Positions 42,655 to 56,526 of a stretch of DNA of 64,000 nucleotides are shown here, in pieces (position 1 is the stretch's first letter; the number at the start of each line of letters is the position of its first letter). The notes beneath the pieces are model-generated. The model saw only the letters and a program-made list of their open reading frames with translations. It was not told the origin of the DNA and did no database searches. The stretch is taken from the NCBI RefSeq assembly GCF_006345805.1, contig NC_043002.1, positions 83,328,001-83,392,000 on the forward strand, written 5' to 3'. The translations under genes were made by a program, and so were the position numbers. This DNA is from Octopus sinensis (taxonomy: Eukaryota).

Positions 42655-42834
42655 AACTTTCTCACCTTCCTGAACGTTAAACTAATGCACCTGTTTGTTG
42701 TTTACACACCTGTCTTCGTCTTTTGTTTTTTTATTTTGTAAATTCCAACTATATATATATGTGTGTGTGTGTGTGTCTGTGTCTGTGTATGTATATATAT
42801 GTATATATATATATATGCATATATATATATATGC

Positions 42835-42881
<47 letters not shown>

Positions 42882-42989
42882 TGTGTGTGTGTGTGTGTAT
42901 ATATTTATGCATATATATACATATGTATATGTATCTATCAATCTATCTATCTATCTATCAATATATATGTGTGTGTGTGTGTGTGTGTG

Positions 42990-43935
42990 CCTCAATAACA
43001 TTCACCATGGAGCAACACACAAAGGAATTACCTTTTTTAGACATACTTCTAATTAAAGAAAATAACACCATAAAAACAGATATCTTCTAGAAACCTACAG
43101 AAACACACCAATATTTGAACTTTCATTCCTCCCATCCCTCACATACCAAAAGAAACATACCCTTTAATATTGCGAAACGAATGTGCACTATAGTAACGCA
43201 TGCAGGATTAAGGGATAAAAGATTACAAGAATTAAAAGTATTTCTAAAAGAACAAAAATATCCAATAGTTTAATCACCAAGGCGAAAAGCATCTCAGCTA
43301 TAGACCTCAGCACAAAACAAACATACAGGAATAAAAATGAACTCATAAGCATTCCTTTTGTCATCACCGACAACCCAAGAAATTACGACATCATCAATAC
43401 TGCAAAAAGATACCTCTCAGTTCTTCAACAATCATCAAGAATGGACAAATTAATAACAGGTTCTAAAATAATTTATAGCAGACGTCAAGCACCCAACCTA
43501 AAAAAGCTCTTAACCCAAGCAAAATTTACAACTAGAGAAACAATAAAGAGAATTCAGAAATGTGGTGACGCTCGCTGTGGAATGTGTGATTACATTGAAG
43601 AAGGAGAAAAATTACTTTCAAAGACAACAACACCTTTAAAATAAATGTAAATATGAATTGCAAATCCAGAAACCTAATCTACTGTGCCACATGTCCCGAA
43701 TGCAAAGAATACTACATTGTGAAATGGGCATTGGACTATATGAGAGAGTAAGGGTCCATAAATAACAAATACATGGCCCCTTCCGTTAGAAACACAACCT
43801 GCAGTGAATACATCGAAAAATGTGGGAAAAGAAAATTTTAACTATTCCCTTTCTTCAAACTATGAACAGAAAATGAGCATTTTCGTAAGACCAAGGAAGA
43901 ATACTTCATTCAAAAATACCAACGGTAATTGAACA
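42990..43935 (+). mobile_element. Penelope-like element fragment (RT C-terminus + GIY-YIG region)
   Basis: ITFTMEQHTKELPFLDILLIK..KTDIF*KPTETHQYLNFHSSHPSHTKRNIPF, YSRRQAPNLKKLL, KCGDARCGMCDYI and LIYCATCPECKEYYI, with frameshifts and stops. Confidence 0.85.
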
Positions 43936-44276
43936 AAAAATTAATACAAAACCCCCGGAACTACCATCCTAACAATCCACAGAAAGACACCAGCCAAATG
44001 ATGAGAACTACATATGAGTATACACACGTTTATGTACTATATATATATATGTGTATACATATGGGTATGTGTGTATAGGTGTGTGTATATACATGTATCC
44101 CTGTGCATGCATGCATGCATGTTTATATGTATGATAAAATATATATGGGAATGTATGTTTGTATGGATGTGCACATATATGTATATATGTATGTATATAT
44201 GTATCTACAGGCGCATGTGTGTATGTATGTATATTTGTATGCATATGTATGTATATATGTATATATAGTTGTATGC

Positions 44277-44323
<47 letters not shown>

Positions 44324-44374
44324 TATATATATATATAATATATATATATATATATGTATATTTGTATGCATATG

Positions 44375-44415
<41 letters not shown>

Positions 44416-44486
44416 ATATGTATGTACATATATGTGTGTATGTATGTATATATGTATATATATATATATATGTGTACATATATACA

Positions 44487-44540
<54 letters not shown>

Positions 44541-44559
44541 GCTATACATATATATGAAT

Positions 44560-44599
<40 letters not shown>

Positions 44600-44601
<2 letters not shown>

Positions 44602-44905
44602 TAGACCGCCTTCGGTCATGAATGATCATAGGATTGCACCTAGAAAGTTACCCTCCGAGGCACAAGTCCGGGTAAGGTTGTTTAAGGAAGACCAGCAGTC
44701 ACCCATGCATACCAGCCTCTCCTCTCCACACCACTGATGTTATCCAAGGGAAAAGCAAAGGCCGATACAGTCATTTCTACAGCTGAGTGAACTGGAGCAA
44801 CATGAAATAAAGTGTCTTGCTCAAGAACACAACACGCAGCCCGGTCCGAGAATCGAACTCACAACTTCACGATCGTTAGCTCGACGCTCTAACCACTGAG
44901 CCATG
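44600..44905 (-). mobile_element. tRNA-derived SINE family C (further copies ~24350-24570, ~49365-49620, ~53778-54080 on plus)
   Basis: Head tggctcagtggttagagcg..gtgagttcgattctcggacc and core gtgttcttgagcaagacac..ttgctccagttcactcagctg. Confidence 0.75.
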
Positions 44906-44945
<40 letters not shown>

Positions 44946-44954
44946 TATAAAATT

Positions 44955-45480
44955 AAAAATACAATAGGCTATGTAGCATACCACTTGCTATAAACACTTT
45001 ATTATCATTATTATTATTAATAATAACGGTAGTAATAGTTATTTAATTAAAAAATTATATATGGTTGTGTTGTGTGTGTGTGTATGTATATATGCATGTA
45101 TGTATGTGTATATATGGATATGTATGTGCGTATGTGTATACGTGTATGCACCTGTACATGCCGCTGTTTTTTAATAAAACAAGGGCATTTCTCTTTGATA
45201 CGAAAATGGAGAAATGCCCTTGTTTTATTTAAAACCAACGGCCATTCAACACGCATAGAGTTTAGTTTTTTAACTGCTCTTCCCCGCCTCTCTCTATATA
45301 TATACACAATTTGCCGCTACCAGAGCAGTGACGGATTAGAAACGTGTTCGAATATGAACGAAGAAGCATGACTTCTCTCAAATTTTTAAAAATATAGACA
45401 TAAATGTGAGTGTGTGTGTATGTGTACATATATACATGCATATATATATATATAAATACATATAATATAATATAATATAC

Positions 45481-45518
<38 letters not shown>

Positions 45519-45737
45519 TCTTTTACTCTTTTACTATTTTACTTGTTTCAGTCATTTGACTGTGGTCATGCTGGAGCACCGCCTTTAGTCGAGCAAATCG
45601 CCCCCAGGACTTTTTCTTTGTAAGCCTAGTACTTATTCTATCGGTCTCTTTTGCCGAACCGCTAAGTTACGGGGACGTAAACATACCAACATCCGTTATC
45701 AAGCAATGGTTGTAGGGACAAACACAGATTCACAAAT

Positions 45738-45768
<31 letters not shown>

Positions 45769-45784
45769 GTATATATAATGTATA

Positions 45785-45818
<34 letters not shown>

Positions 45819-45955
45819 GTATATATATATATATGTAAATATATATGTATATATATATGTATATATATATGTATATATATATATATGTATATATATATGT
45901 ATATATATGTATATATATATATGTATGTATATATATATGTATATATATATATATG

Positions 45956-45986
<31 letters not shown>

Positions 45987-46053
45987 GTATATATATGTAT
46001 ATATATATATAATATATATATAATATGTATATATATATATGTATATATATATG

Positions 46054-46096
<43 letters not shown>

Positions 46097-46126
46097 GTAT
46101 ATATATATGTATATATATATATATAC

Positions 46127-46184
<58 letters not shown>

Positions 46185-46915
46185 GTATATATATATATAC
46201 GTTTAAATATTTGTTGTGCAAGAATTTTTATGTGAAGTCGTGTGTTGAAACAGATATTGTTATATTTCGGAATGGTCATATTTCGGAATGGTCATAAAAA
46301 TACAATAGGCTATGTAGCATACCACTTGCTATAAACACTTTATTATCATTATTATTATTAATAATAACGGTAGTAATAGTTATTTAATTAAAAAATTATA
46401 TATGGTTGTGTTGTGTGTGTGTGTATGTATATATGCATGTATGTATGTGTATATATGGATATGTATGTGCGTATGTGTATACGTGTATGCACCTGTACAT
46501 GCCGCTGTTTTTTAATAAAACAAGGGCATTTCTCTTTGATACGAAAATGGAGAAATGCCCTTGTTTTATTTAAAACCAACGGCCATTCAACACGCATAGA
46601 GTTTAGTTTTTTAACTGCTCTTCCCCGCCTCTCTCTATATATATACACAATTTGCCGCTACCAGAGCAGTGACGGATTAGAAACGTGTTCGAATATGAAC
46701 GAAGAAGCATGACTTCTCTCAAATTTTTAAAAAATATAGACATAAATGTGAGTGTGTGTGTATGTGTACATATATACATGCATATATATATATATATATA
46801 TATAATATATATATATATATATAATATATATATATATAATATATATATATATACTCTTTTACTCTTTTACTATTTTACTTGTTTCAGTCATTTGACTGTG
46901 GTCATGCTGGAGCAC
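44955..46915. repeat. Direct duplication of ~620 bp (44955-45579 and 46296-46915)
   Basis: Identical ORFs at 45047 and 46388 (offset 1341). The copies differ mainly in the TA tract. Confidence 0.95.
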
Positions 46916-46985
46916 ACGCACTATATATTTGGTGTTATTTTGCTTCAGTGTTATTTATTTTTTACATTAATCTTAATCTTATTTC

Positions 46986-47030
46986 GGCCAGAGTTCTTTC
47001 GTCACACTCCTGTGACCGCATCAGTGGTCC
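46986..47030 (-). ncRNA. Minimal type I hammerhead-like motif (A9C core)
   Basis: GGACCA-CUGAUGC-G-GUCACA ggag UGUGAC-GAA AG aa CU C-UGGCC: 6-bp stem II and CUC triplet. Confidence 0.6.
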
Positions 47031-48280
47031 GTTGTTTTCTTCTTTCTTATTTGTGTCTCTCCTTACTAACCGTCTTACTATATATTTAAATAAACACTTA
47101 TAATGCCCGGTCTGGGAATCGAAACAGCATTCCTACGACCGCGAGTCCGCTGCCCTAACCACTGGGCCATTGCGCCTCCACAATTCCTAATGTTAGATAA
47201 TAAAAATATAAGGGGATTTTTTAAACATCGACCAGCCCTAACTAAGATAGGAATCAAATGACAATAACAATATTTTATCCATTTAAATATTGTGCGAGAC
47301 ATTGACTTGTCATTTTCAAAGAGAGATAAAGTTTGTTAAATCGATCCGAGTACTTGACTCCTCCTCGTATTTATTTTGTCGATCTCAGAAGGCTGAAGTG
47401 CAAAATGGAATTCGAGTAGACTTAACTCAGAACGTAAATGTATGCATGTATATGTATGTATATGTGTGTATGTGTGTGTGTATGCATGTATGCGTGTGCA
47501 TCGAGTTGCTGCCAACTCTACCATCTGTTACCGTTGCATACGACGGATCCCTCTATGTAGTTAGTCAACCTCCTAGAAATAGCAGCCAAATCACCAACAC
47601 TAAACTACACCCTACTGCCTTTAAAAAGAACACGTTGTATAATGTGGTCCCTAATGAGTTTTCTGTACATAGGAAATAAACGGAGTGGTCATGGATGGAA
47701 TGGTTTAAATCGCAGATCTTCGATATGGGCTGACAAGGGCTTAAAATAGAAAATAAAGTGTAAGTGATGGTGAAGAATCAATATATTTAACTATCGATTT
47801 CTAACAACGGTCAAGCCACGTATTTGGGAAGGGATATAATCATTTCAATCGAATCCAATACTTGACTGGCTTTTTATTTTATCTGCTCCGATAATAATGT
47901 AAGTCGATCACCAGTGAGATTCGAACTAAGAATAGGAGCAATGAATTTGTATAAGACATTGTGGTCCGACACTCTCTACTCTTTGTATCAATCAGCTGTC
48001 CTTTCTTCCGCTGCAACCAAAGGACGAATTACAAAAGCTGGTGAACGATCAATATATTTAAATATCAACTGCAATTACAGCAATTAGAGAAGCAACCCAA
48101 CTACTTGATCCTACTTCGACGTGGCACCAACTGTTGCCAGCAACAAAAAGAAGAGTAGCAAAACTTTAGCAATTTCAGCCCTTCTGTTTCGACGGCGGGG
48201 TTTCTAGTTGATCAGATCAACGGAACAGCCTGCTCGTGAAATTAACGTGCAAGTGGCTGAGCACTTCACAGACACGCATA

Positions 48281-48655
48281 CCTATTTCTTTACTACCCAC
48301 GAGGGGCTAAACACAGAGAGGACAAAAAAAGACAGACAAAGGGATTAAGTCGATTATATCGACACCAGTGCGTAACTGGTACTTATTTAATCGACCCTGA
48401 AAGGATGAAAGGCAAAGTCGACCTCGGCGGAATTCGCAAAGACAGACGAAATAACAGACACGCATACCTATTTCTTTATTACCCAGAAGGGGCTAAACAT
48501 AGAGAGGACAAACAAGGACAGACAAACGGATTAAGTCGATTATATCGACGCCAGTGCGTAACTGGTACTTATTTAATCGACCCCGAAAGGATGAAAGGCA
48601 AAGTCGACCTCGGCGGAATTCGCAAAGACAGACGAAATAACAGACACGCATACCC
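48281..48655 (-). mobile_element. SINE family A body dimer (184-bp period) embedded in another repeat (~48200-48790)
   Basis: ORF offsets 48405/48589. The junction acagacacgcatacc occurs three times. Confidence 0.8.
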
Positions 48656-50180
48656 TTAACATAGTTCTCAGAGAGATTCAGCTTGACACATATTGTGAAC
48701 AGGCTGGCCCTTTGAAATACAGAATGTGACAAGGTTGCCCCCTTCGAAATACAGTTACTATTCATTTTTGCCAGCTGAGTGAACTGAAGCACCAAGGACA
48801 CAACGTGGTCCGAATACCACTAAGCCATGCGCCTTCACAATTTCATCCCCTCCTTTTAATTAAAGTATGTAGCATGGAAAAAGTGAGAGAGAGAAAGAGA
48901 AAGAGAGAGGGAGGGAGAGAGAGAAAGAGAGAGAGTGTGTGTGTGTGTGTATGTGTGTATCGGTGTGTTTGTTAAGTATTATTTATCAATGCTTCACTGT
49001 ACTACAGGTTATATCTACGAATTTTAGCCAACTCTGTTCGTAATAGACCAGGCACGGGCAAACTGTTTCTGAGAACCGGTCCGCATGAGACATGATTCAT
49101 GACCAGGCAAGCTGCACTACCAAAACAATCAAAGGTAGTTTTTTGTGAGGCGTGTCATACAGAAAGTCACACGGGTCGCAGGGTTACACGGGAATGTAAT
49201 GGACAGATGCTGAATGGCAGAACCGTTACGCCATCGGACGAAATGCCTTGTAGTATTTCTTCCGGCTCTTTGCGTTTTGAGTTCAAATCGTATCGATGGC
49301 GACTTTACTTTTCATCTCTCCGGGTCCAATAAAATTAAGTACCACTAAAACAGTAATGTGAAAGCGTGTGGCCTAGTGGTTAAGGTTTTTTGCACTCATA
49401 ATCGTGAGGTCGTGGTTTCAATTTCCAGACTGGGCGATGCGGTGCATTGTATTCTTGAGCCCAGACACTTTATTTCCCGTTGCTCCAGTCCACTCAACTG
49501 TAAATGAGCACCAGCAATAACTGGTAAGTTAACCTTGCGACAGGATCATGGTGTTGTAGTCTCAGTCACTGGTTAGCTATGGAAACCGGTTTCTGATCCG
49601 GCCTTATGAAGCCTAGGGCCCAAGAAAGATCTAATCGTTCCTAAGTTCCAAGTACTGATATCGATGGCATCCACTAATCCCTCTCCTCAAAATTGCTGGC
49701 CTTGTGCCTAAATTAGAAGCAATATTTTTGGTAACTAATGTGGAGTGCTGAACACAAAACAAGTAACCAATAGTACTAGTTTTCCCACGATATTATTTAT
49801 ACATACGAGCGACTCTCGTAGAAATATCACGATTTATAAGTTTTCTTATTACTATTTTGATTCATCAATTATACATCTTCGTAGTGTTGTTCCATCATGC
49901 TAAAGATTTCGATTACGTGTTCGAGTTCGATCTCTAGTTAAGGTTCTTAAAATTGTAACATTCAAACACATATCGTGACCAGAAGTATAATATTGCGGAC
50001 CCATTGACGCTTTTTCTGATTTCAGTCATTGCACTACAGCTATGCTGGTGCAACGCTTTCAAGGATTTAGTTGATCACTTCGACCCCAGAACTTATTTCA
50101 GTCTGGTTATTTATTGTATTTCTTCTGTAGTTTCAGCTCAGAGCTGCGGCCTGCTGATGCACCGCCGTTAAGTGTGTGAC

Positions 50181-50295
50181 GCTTACAGCACCTAGGTTTC
50201 CCAAGCAGTCACCCATCTAAGTACTCACTAGGCTCGACGTTGCTTAACTTTGGAGATCGGACGAGAACCGGTGCTTTCAATGTGATATAGCCGTA
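50181..50295 (-). pseudogene. 5S rRNA pseudogene / variant copy in gene 2 intron
   Basis: Reverse complement tacggctatatcacattgaaagcaccggttctcgtccgatctccaaagttaagcaacgtcgagcctagtgagtacttagatgggtgactgcttgggaaacctaggtgctgtaagc is colinear with metazoan 5S rRNA. The first three nt are replaced, there is no oligo-T terminator, and several changes look like CpG decay. Confidence 0.88.
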
Positions 50296-50517
50296 TTGAT
50301 AAATATTTTACAAAGACTTAAGAGAAGTTCATTCAATTTTCAGCAGAATAGGCTTCGCTAAAGTCACCAAGGACCTGGTGGTGATATTCAAACGCGCAAC
50401 GGATTAAGTGTAAGACTTGAGCAGAAAAATATTTTTGAAAGATCTTAATGAAAATAAAGCGATAAAAGCTGAAAAATGCTAGTTTACCTTAAAATCTACT
50501 TAATTGTAAATACTTAC

Positions 50518-50763
50518 GTTGCGATGTTTGTAACCATTTGAGATTTTGGCAAAGTTCAAGACAGTTACTGGAGCTGTTTTTCCATACAGACCGAACACAA
50601 ATCGATCATGAAGATCTTCTGCGGGACCATCATAATCTTTAATAACGATATCGAACCAGGCTTGATGCGTCACTGTATGGTTGCACTCGACCTCTGCTTG
50701 GACATTGCAGAGGCAAAGGAAGCCCACAACTACAAAAAAAATATACTTTTCTGGGGTCGTCAT
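50518..50763 (-). CDS. Cyclophilin gene 2 (secretory CypB/C-like PPIase), coding exon 1
   Basis: ATG at 50763 and donor |gtaagta. 82 codons MTTPEKYIFFVVVGFLCLCNVQA-EVECNHTVTHQAWFDIVIK...RFVFGLYGKTAPVTVLNF...GYKHRN: hydrophobic signal peptide followed by CypB-like VT..vyFD and FGLFGK..P.TV.NF motifs. Confidence 0.93.
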
Positions 50764-50810
50764 TTTTGGTGCGGCTGTAAAAAAGAACAAAGAAAATGGT
50801 AAAGGAACCG
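50764..50810 (-). promoter_or_regulatory. Splice acceptor 11 nt upstream of the gene 2 ATG (implies an upstream non-coding exon)
   Basis: Minus strand reads ttcctttaccattttctttgttcttttttacag|ccgcaccaaaaATG: a strong polypyrimidine tract with AG at 50776-50775. Confidence 0.65.
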
Positions 50811-52785
50811 GTTTGTATTTGTTTCAAAAGTTATGAATTGATTTTAAAATATTTTATGTCATATGGGACATGATTAGTTAGGTTTTTAAGAGAGGGCACA
50901 TAAAATATGGAGCTATGACATCCAGTCATCTCTCCAAATATTGCTTTAGCACTGTAAAAGAAACAAAATGGTCCGAAATTGAAATCGTAACTGGGTGGAT
51001 TGAATCTTGAAGTTTTAATTATTTTTAGAGGTTGAGAAACAGAACCTGTGCTATCCCTGCCCTTTTCTTGGAGATATTAACAATCTATATGAAGTATAGA
51101 TTGTTCCATTAATAGTCGAAACCGAAATCGAAACCTATATTATCACGGTAATCACTACATGATATTTGGTACCGATATAATATTGATTTAAAATCAATTT
51201 TTATAGTAGTCGAACAATATTGATTTAAAATCAATTTTTATAGTAATCGAACAGTATTGATTAAATCGATAACAACATATGACTGTAACTTATCTTATTG
51301 GCTCTAAAGGAATAAAAAAAAGTTAGCTCTGACGAGATTTGAACTCACAATTAACTACTATAATAAAAAATCTAAATTAGGGTTTTGCTGTCTCAGTGAT
51401 CAGGACCACTTTTTCCTTTTTTCTTTGGGCTCTTAACTTTTGGTGGAGTTGCATGTGCCGCTGTCATGATATAATGCCCGACACACTGCCCTTTCTTGGA
51501 AATTATAAGCGTGTCGGAATCCATCCCTCTCCAGTTCAAGTCTGAGCACAGCTGATTTATTACAAAGGGGGGGGGGGGAGAAGAAGAGGAGGGGAGGGTG
51601 GGGGATGGGATGAAGGGGAGAAGAAGAACGGGATGAGAAGGAGAGGAAGAGGGGAAGAAGATTATGATGAAGAGGAGGAGGAAGAAGAAAAAGAAGAGGA
51701 GGAGGAGGAAGAAGAAAAAGAAGAGGAGGAGGAAGAAGAAAAAGAAGAAGAGGAGGAGGAGGAAGAAGAAGAAGAAGAAGAAGAAGAAGAAGAAGAAGAA
51801 GAGAACCGACTCCTTTGTTCATTTGTAGTTTATCGAATTCAAATGTATGAAAGAATCAGTGAGATTTAAACTCAGCGATCGAGAGCTGCTTATTATTCAA
51901 CGTTCTAACAGTTCTACCAACACGCCGCTTTCCCCCCAGCGCTTTTTATAATAACATCAATAGGGATTTGTTATATTGATTCAAAGACAGCAAATTGGAA
52001 CTATCCCAGTACACGCCTCTACACTTATTTTATTGGCTCCGGAAGAATAAAAGGCAAATTGAGTTCTGCAGTATTTGATCTTAGAACACAAAAACTTATA
52101 ACTAAATACTGCAAAACATTTACTTAGGCACATTGCAGTTACCAGTGCTTACCATGTTAATTATAATAAAAATCCCTAACTTAGGTACAAACCAATAATA
52201 CAGTTTCCATTATTTGACTGGTACTTCTGCCCAATTCAGAGGGACGTAACCAATCGTAATCATAATTTTTTTTTTCTTATTGGGTACATGATCGAATCTT
52301 CATAAGGAAGTTGAAATTCGATTTTGGACTTGGTTTTTTGTTTTTAAAAATTTTTTTTTTCTAATACTATAACTAACATAAAATATTTCATTTGGGTGTG
52401 GAAATTAGCTCGAGATCAAACAAATTTTTGCTCGCCAAACCCCTCCCCCTACTAAAAATGCTTTTTTCTTTTCACCGGAAAGGTGATTTTGTGCTCTTAG
52501 TGATGGGGGAATGGGATGTTGCGAAATTCCTGAAGTGAAATAACTTTCAGTTAGACGTCGAAACCGTCGTGATCACCTCCACCGCTATCACCCCCCCCCC
52601 CCCACATACACACACATACATACACACTCACACACACATACACATACACTTACACACACATACACACACACATACACACACACACTCACACACGCACACA
52701 TGCACACAAATTTATCGGAACACATGTATACTTTAACATTAAATTATGATCCTAGAGGAATTTGTCTGGATCTCCTCCCCTTAAA

Positions 52786-52817
<32 letters not shown>

Positions 52818-52820
52818 ATT

Positions 52821-52855
<35 letters not shown>

Positions 52856-54088
52856 GGTGGTAGTAGTAGTAGTAGTCTATTCTATGAACTATATACTACA
52901 GTACACCATTAGTATACCATTATATCATGCTAGAACCACTTGTTAGCTATTACTGGAAGTATTATTCTGTATACGGTATGACTTCTTTGCGGTTAGGTTC
53001 TTCACTATTTTATTAAGATTTCTGAAATGAATTAGAGGCCTTAAGTAGATCTAAGTATCTTATACAAAGGTGCCACGTTTACATTCCCTTGATCCAGGTT
53101 TTAGCTACATTATATACAGAGACAATGCTACTCAAATGTTTTTTTTGTTATCAGTTAACAGGGTTTTCTATAGACACACTATCTCAAGTTTTCGAATGAG
53201 TGACGTAGACCTATTTTTTTATTATAGCTCTTTTAAGAACATGAAGCGTAGTCAGTTTGCTTCAATCGACAATGGAAAATGAATCATGGACAGAATTCTG
53301 TGCCAATCACCAGATCAGAGATCGATTTTATATAAGACTGATAATTATGCGAAACACAATAATCTTTTTTTTTTTCTTCTTTTTAATGAAAATGTTTTCC
53401 AACAAGTGTAATTGCATCGATGGCTTCACTCAGAAATAGAAATCAGATTGCGAACCCGGCTCATTCTAAGTATAATTGCTTCCTGAATCGCTCTTCGGCA
53501 GTATAGTTATACAATTGTTCATGGTTTCTTGCATTGGTGCAAGGTAACAGATTAATAACTCACACGGGTTTCAGCTAGAGGCTGAGGCTATGCTGCGGTA
53601 CCGCTTTTCAGTGTAACTGGGATTTTTTTTTCCTGTATTGTTTCTGGTGAAGTAGCTAGTTGGATTGAGCTGATCTTCCTTGTGCCTCCTGCAAATGTGT
53701 GGGTTCATCAGGTATCTCATAAAAAATTGTCCACACGCGTATATATGTGTACATATGTGTGTGTGTGTGTGTGTGTGTAGGCGCAATGACCCAGTAGTTA
53801 GCGCAGCGGACTCGCGGTTGTAGGATCGCGGTTTCGATTCCCAGACTGGGCGTTGTGGGTGTTTATTGAGCGAAAACACCTAAAAGCTCCACGAGGCTCC
53901 TGTAGGGGGGTGGGTGGCGATCCCTGCTGTACTCTTTCGCCACAGCTTTCTCTCACTCTTTCTTCTGTTGGCCTGCTCGCTTAGACAGTTGGGTGGCGTC
54001 ATTTGAAGGCTAAAACAATGCGAAGCGCATTGTGACAAGCGATGTGTAGCAACATCTGATAGCCTAATCGGTCACAGTGATCACGGTG

Positions 54089-54196
<108 letters not shown>

Positions 54197-55318
54197 CAAA
54201 TTGGAACAAGAACGCAAAACACTCAAATAGACGACACAAAAAACGGACGGGTCATTCGAAGCCTCTAATCTTCAGTCAAGAACCGGATCATCCTCGCAAT
54301 TTCGGCTGATTAATCTTGAGATCGCTCCGATCCGGCCAGTCCCAAGGAAAAACTAAGCTACGAGCATTAGATTTCTTGGAAAAAGGATCGAATGTATACG
54401 AAACAAGGACAGAAGAGACAGATAGAATGAATAAGCAAAACACTTTGGAACATAGTCATTCATTGCTAGGCATCAACAACTGATATAATTGCAGTTCAAG
54501 TCGATGTTTTAGTGGTAAACCAGCCCAAGCACCCTTTCTATATACCTATTACGTTACGTCATTTGACGCAATTTTTTTGTGGTCTAACATATAAATATAC
54601 TGCCATTTAGTAAAAACAAAAATTACTTGAAATAAAAAATAAAATTTGAAAAACTGTACTTACAGAGTACGATGATTTCACAAAATAGAAAAAAAGGGCA
54701 GGAGTGTCGTTTTTTTTTTTTTTTTTTTTGGTTTAGCTCAATCAAAATTATAACTATGGAGTCTCTGATTGACTATTGAGTTACTTTTGTGAAGCTGAGA
54801 TTTCTCTATCTAAAAACTGAATAATCTCAGTCAGAGATTAGTTTATATGCATTCGTTCAGCCACGACACAATTGCGATTACAGCCTATCAAGGCTTACAC
54901 ATCTGTCACACCGATTGATTATTTTCAGTGTCCTGCTATTTTATTTTATTTTATTTTATTTCTATTACATTATTATTATTATTATTATTTTAGTGAGGTG
55001 TCTCTGATTTCTGAACAAGCCAACTGCTTAGCTATACGTAATCTATCAGTTTTATAATCAGCACAATCTAATTCTGTTGGAAATCCGTTAATGGTAAATC
55101 AAACAACTGCAGTCAGTCAGTTTGGTGAGGACGACGGCGTTGACCAAAGTCACAAAATCACACATACGAGGGTGGGCTGACGGGCGCGCAGAACCCCCCT
55201 CCCTCCCTCCTTCCACACATACGCACAGGAGGAGCAGAGAGAAATAAATAAATGCGTACGTGTACATATATATATATATATATACATACGTGTATGTATG
55301 TATATATACATATACATA

Positions 55319-55353
<35 letters not shown>

Positions 55354-55883
55354 AAGGGTAAAATTAATTAATTAATAATTAATCAGTAACTTCACAAAGT
55401 AGAATTCGGCATGAAAAAGCCCATTTAAAGGTAAGCATGAGTAATACTTTATAATTAGGGTTCAGCGGAGATTTGCTTCACCACATACCGAAGTTTAGAA
55501 ATAGAAGTCAAAAAATCTTAGGTATTCCTTCTACTTTAAAAGGGGCTCCCAGAAAAACCAAAGTACTTGAAAACAATCCACGCAGGCAAAAGGGAAAAAT
55601 AACGAAAATCAATCGGTATTAGGTTACCCCCTTTTAAAGTAGAAGGAATAGCTAAGATTTTTTGACTGCTATTTCTAAACTTCGGTATGTGGTGAAGCAA
55701 ATCTCCGCTGAACCCTAATTATAAAGTTTATATATATATATATATATATATATGCATTCATATATATATATATATATGCATTCATATATATATACATGTA
55801 CACGTACTTAATACACCAAACAACTACACTTACACATATATACGAACACACACACACACACAAACTCACAAACTTACACACAC

Positions 55884-55916
<33 letters not shown>

Positions 55917-56130
55917 ATATATTATATATATATATATATATACATACAGACACACACACACTCAAACCTACATACATTTTGATGTGTCTCTATAATGTGT
56001 GATCCAACAACTATACATTTGTGTACGTGTATATATCTGTGTGTGCGTGTGTGAATCTGTGTGTGTGTGCGTGTGCACGCAGGCCTACAATCTCTTGAAG
56101 TAATGCAGTATACCCACATATACACACAGC

Positions 56131-56163
<33 letters not shown>

Positions 56164-56273
56164 GATAGATAGATAGATAGATTGATAGAGGGAGAGAGAG
56201 AGAGAGAGAGAGAGTGAGATGACTACATACATATATATGTCTATCTGAATATGTGTGTATGTATAAATATATG

Positions 56274-56398
<125 letters not shown>

Positions 56399-56484
56399 AG
56401 AGTTTACGAAAAACAACAAAAGACGAAGACAGGTGGTGTACAAAACAAACTGATGCATTAGTATAACGCTCAGAAATAGAAAAA

Positions 56485-56526
56485 GTCCTTTACGTTTCGA
56501 GCCTACGCTCTTCTACAGAAAGGGAC
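56485..56526 (-). ncRNA. Hammerhead-like motif, CUGUNGA family copy c (repeat ~56395-56545)
   Basis: GUCCCUUU-CUGUAGA-A-GAGC guag GCUC-GAA ACGU A-AAGGAC. Confidence 0.5.

Noticed and set aside
45305-45350. ...cagagcagtgacggattagaaacgtg: GAAACGU preceded by a core-like word
   Set aside because: The core has several mismatches, the triplet is GUG and there is no stem I pairing.
50764-50790. N-terminal extension MFFFTAAPK in the ORF track
   Set aside because: It begins at TTG inside the polypyrimidine tract of an acceptor. The real start is the ATG at 50763.
51433-51869. Poly-Glu / poly-Leu-Pro ORFs
   Set aside because: They come from a (GAA/GAG)n purine tract with no flanking splice-consistent coding sequence.
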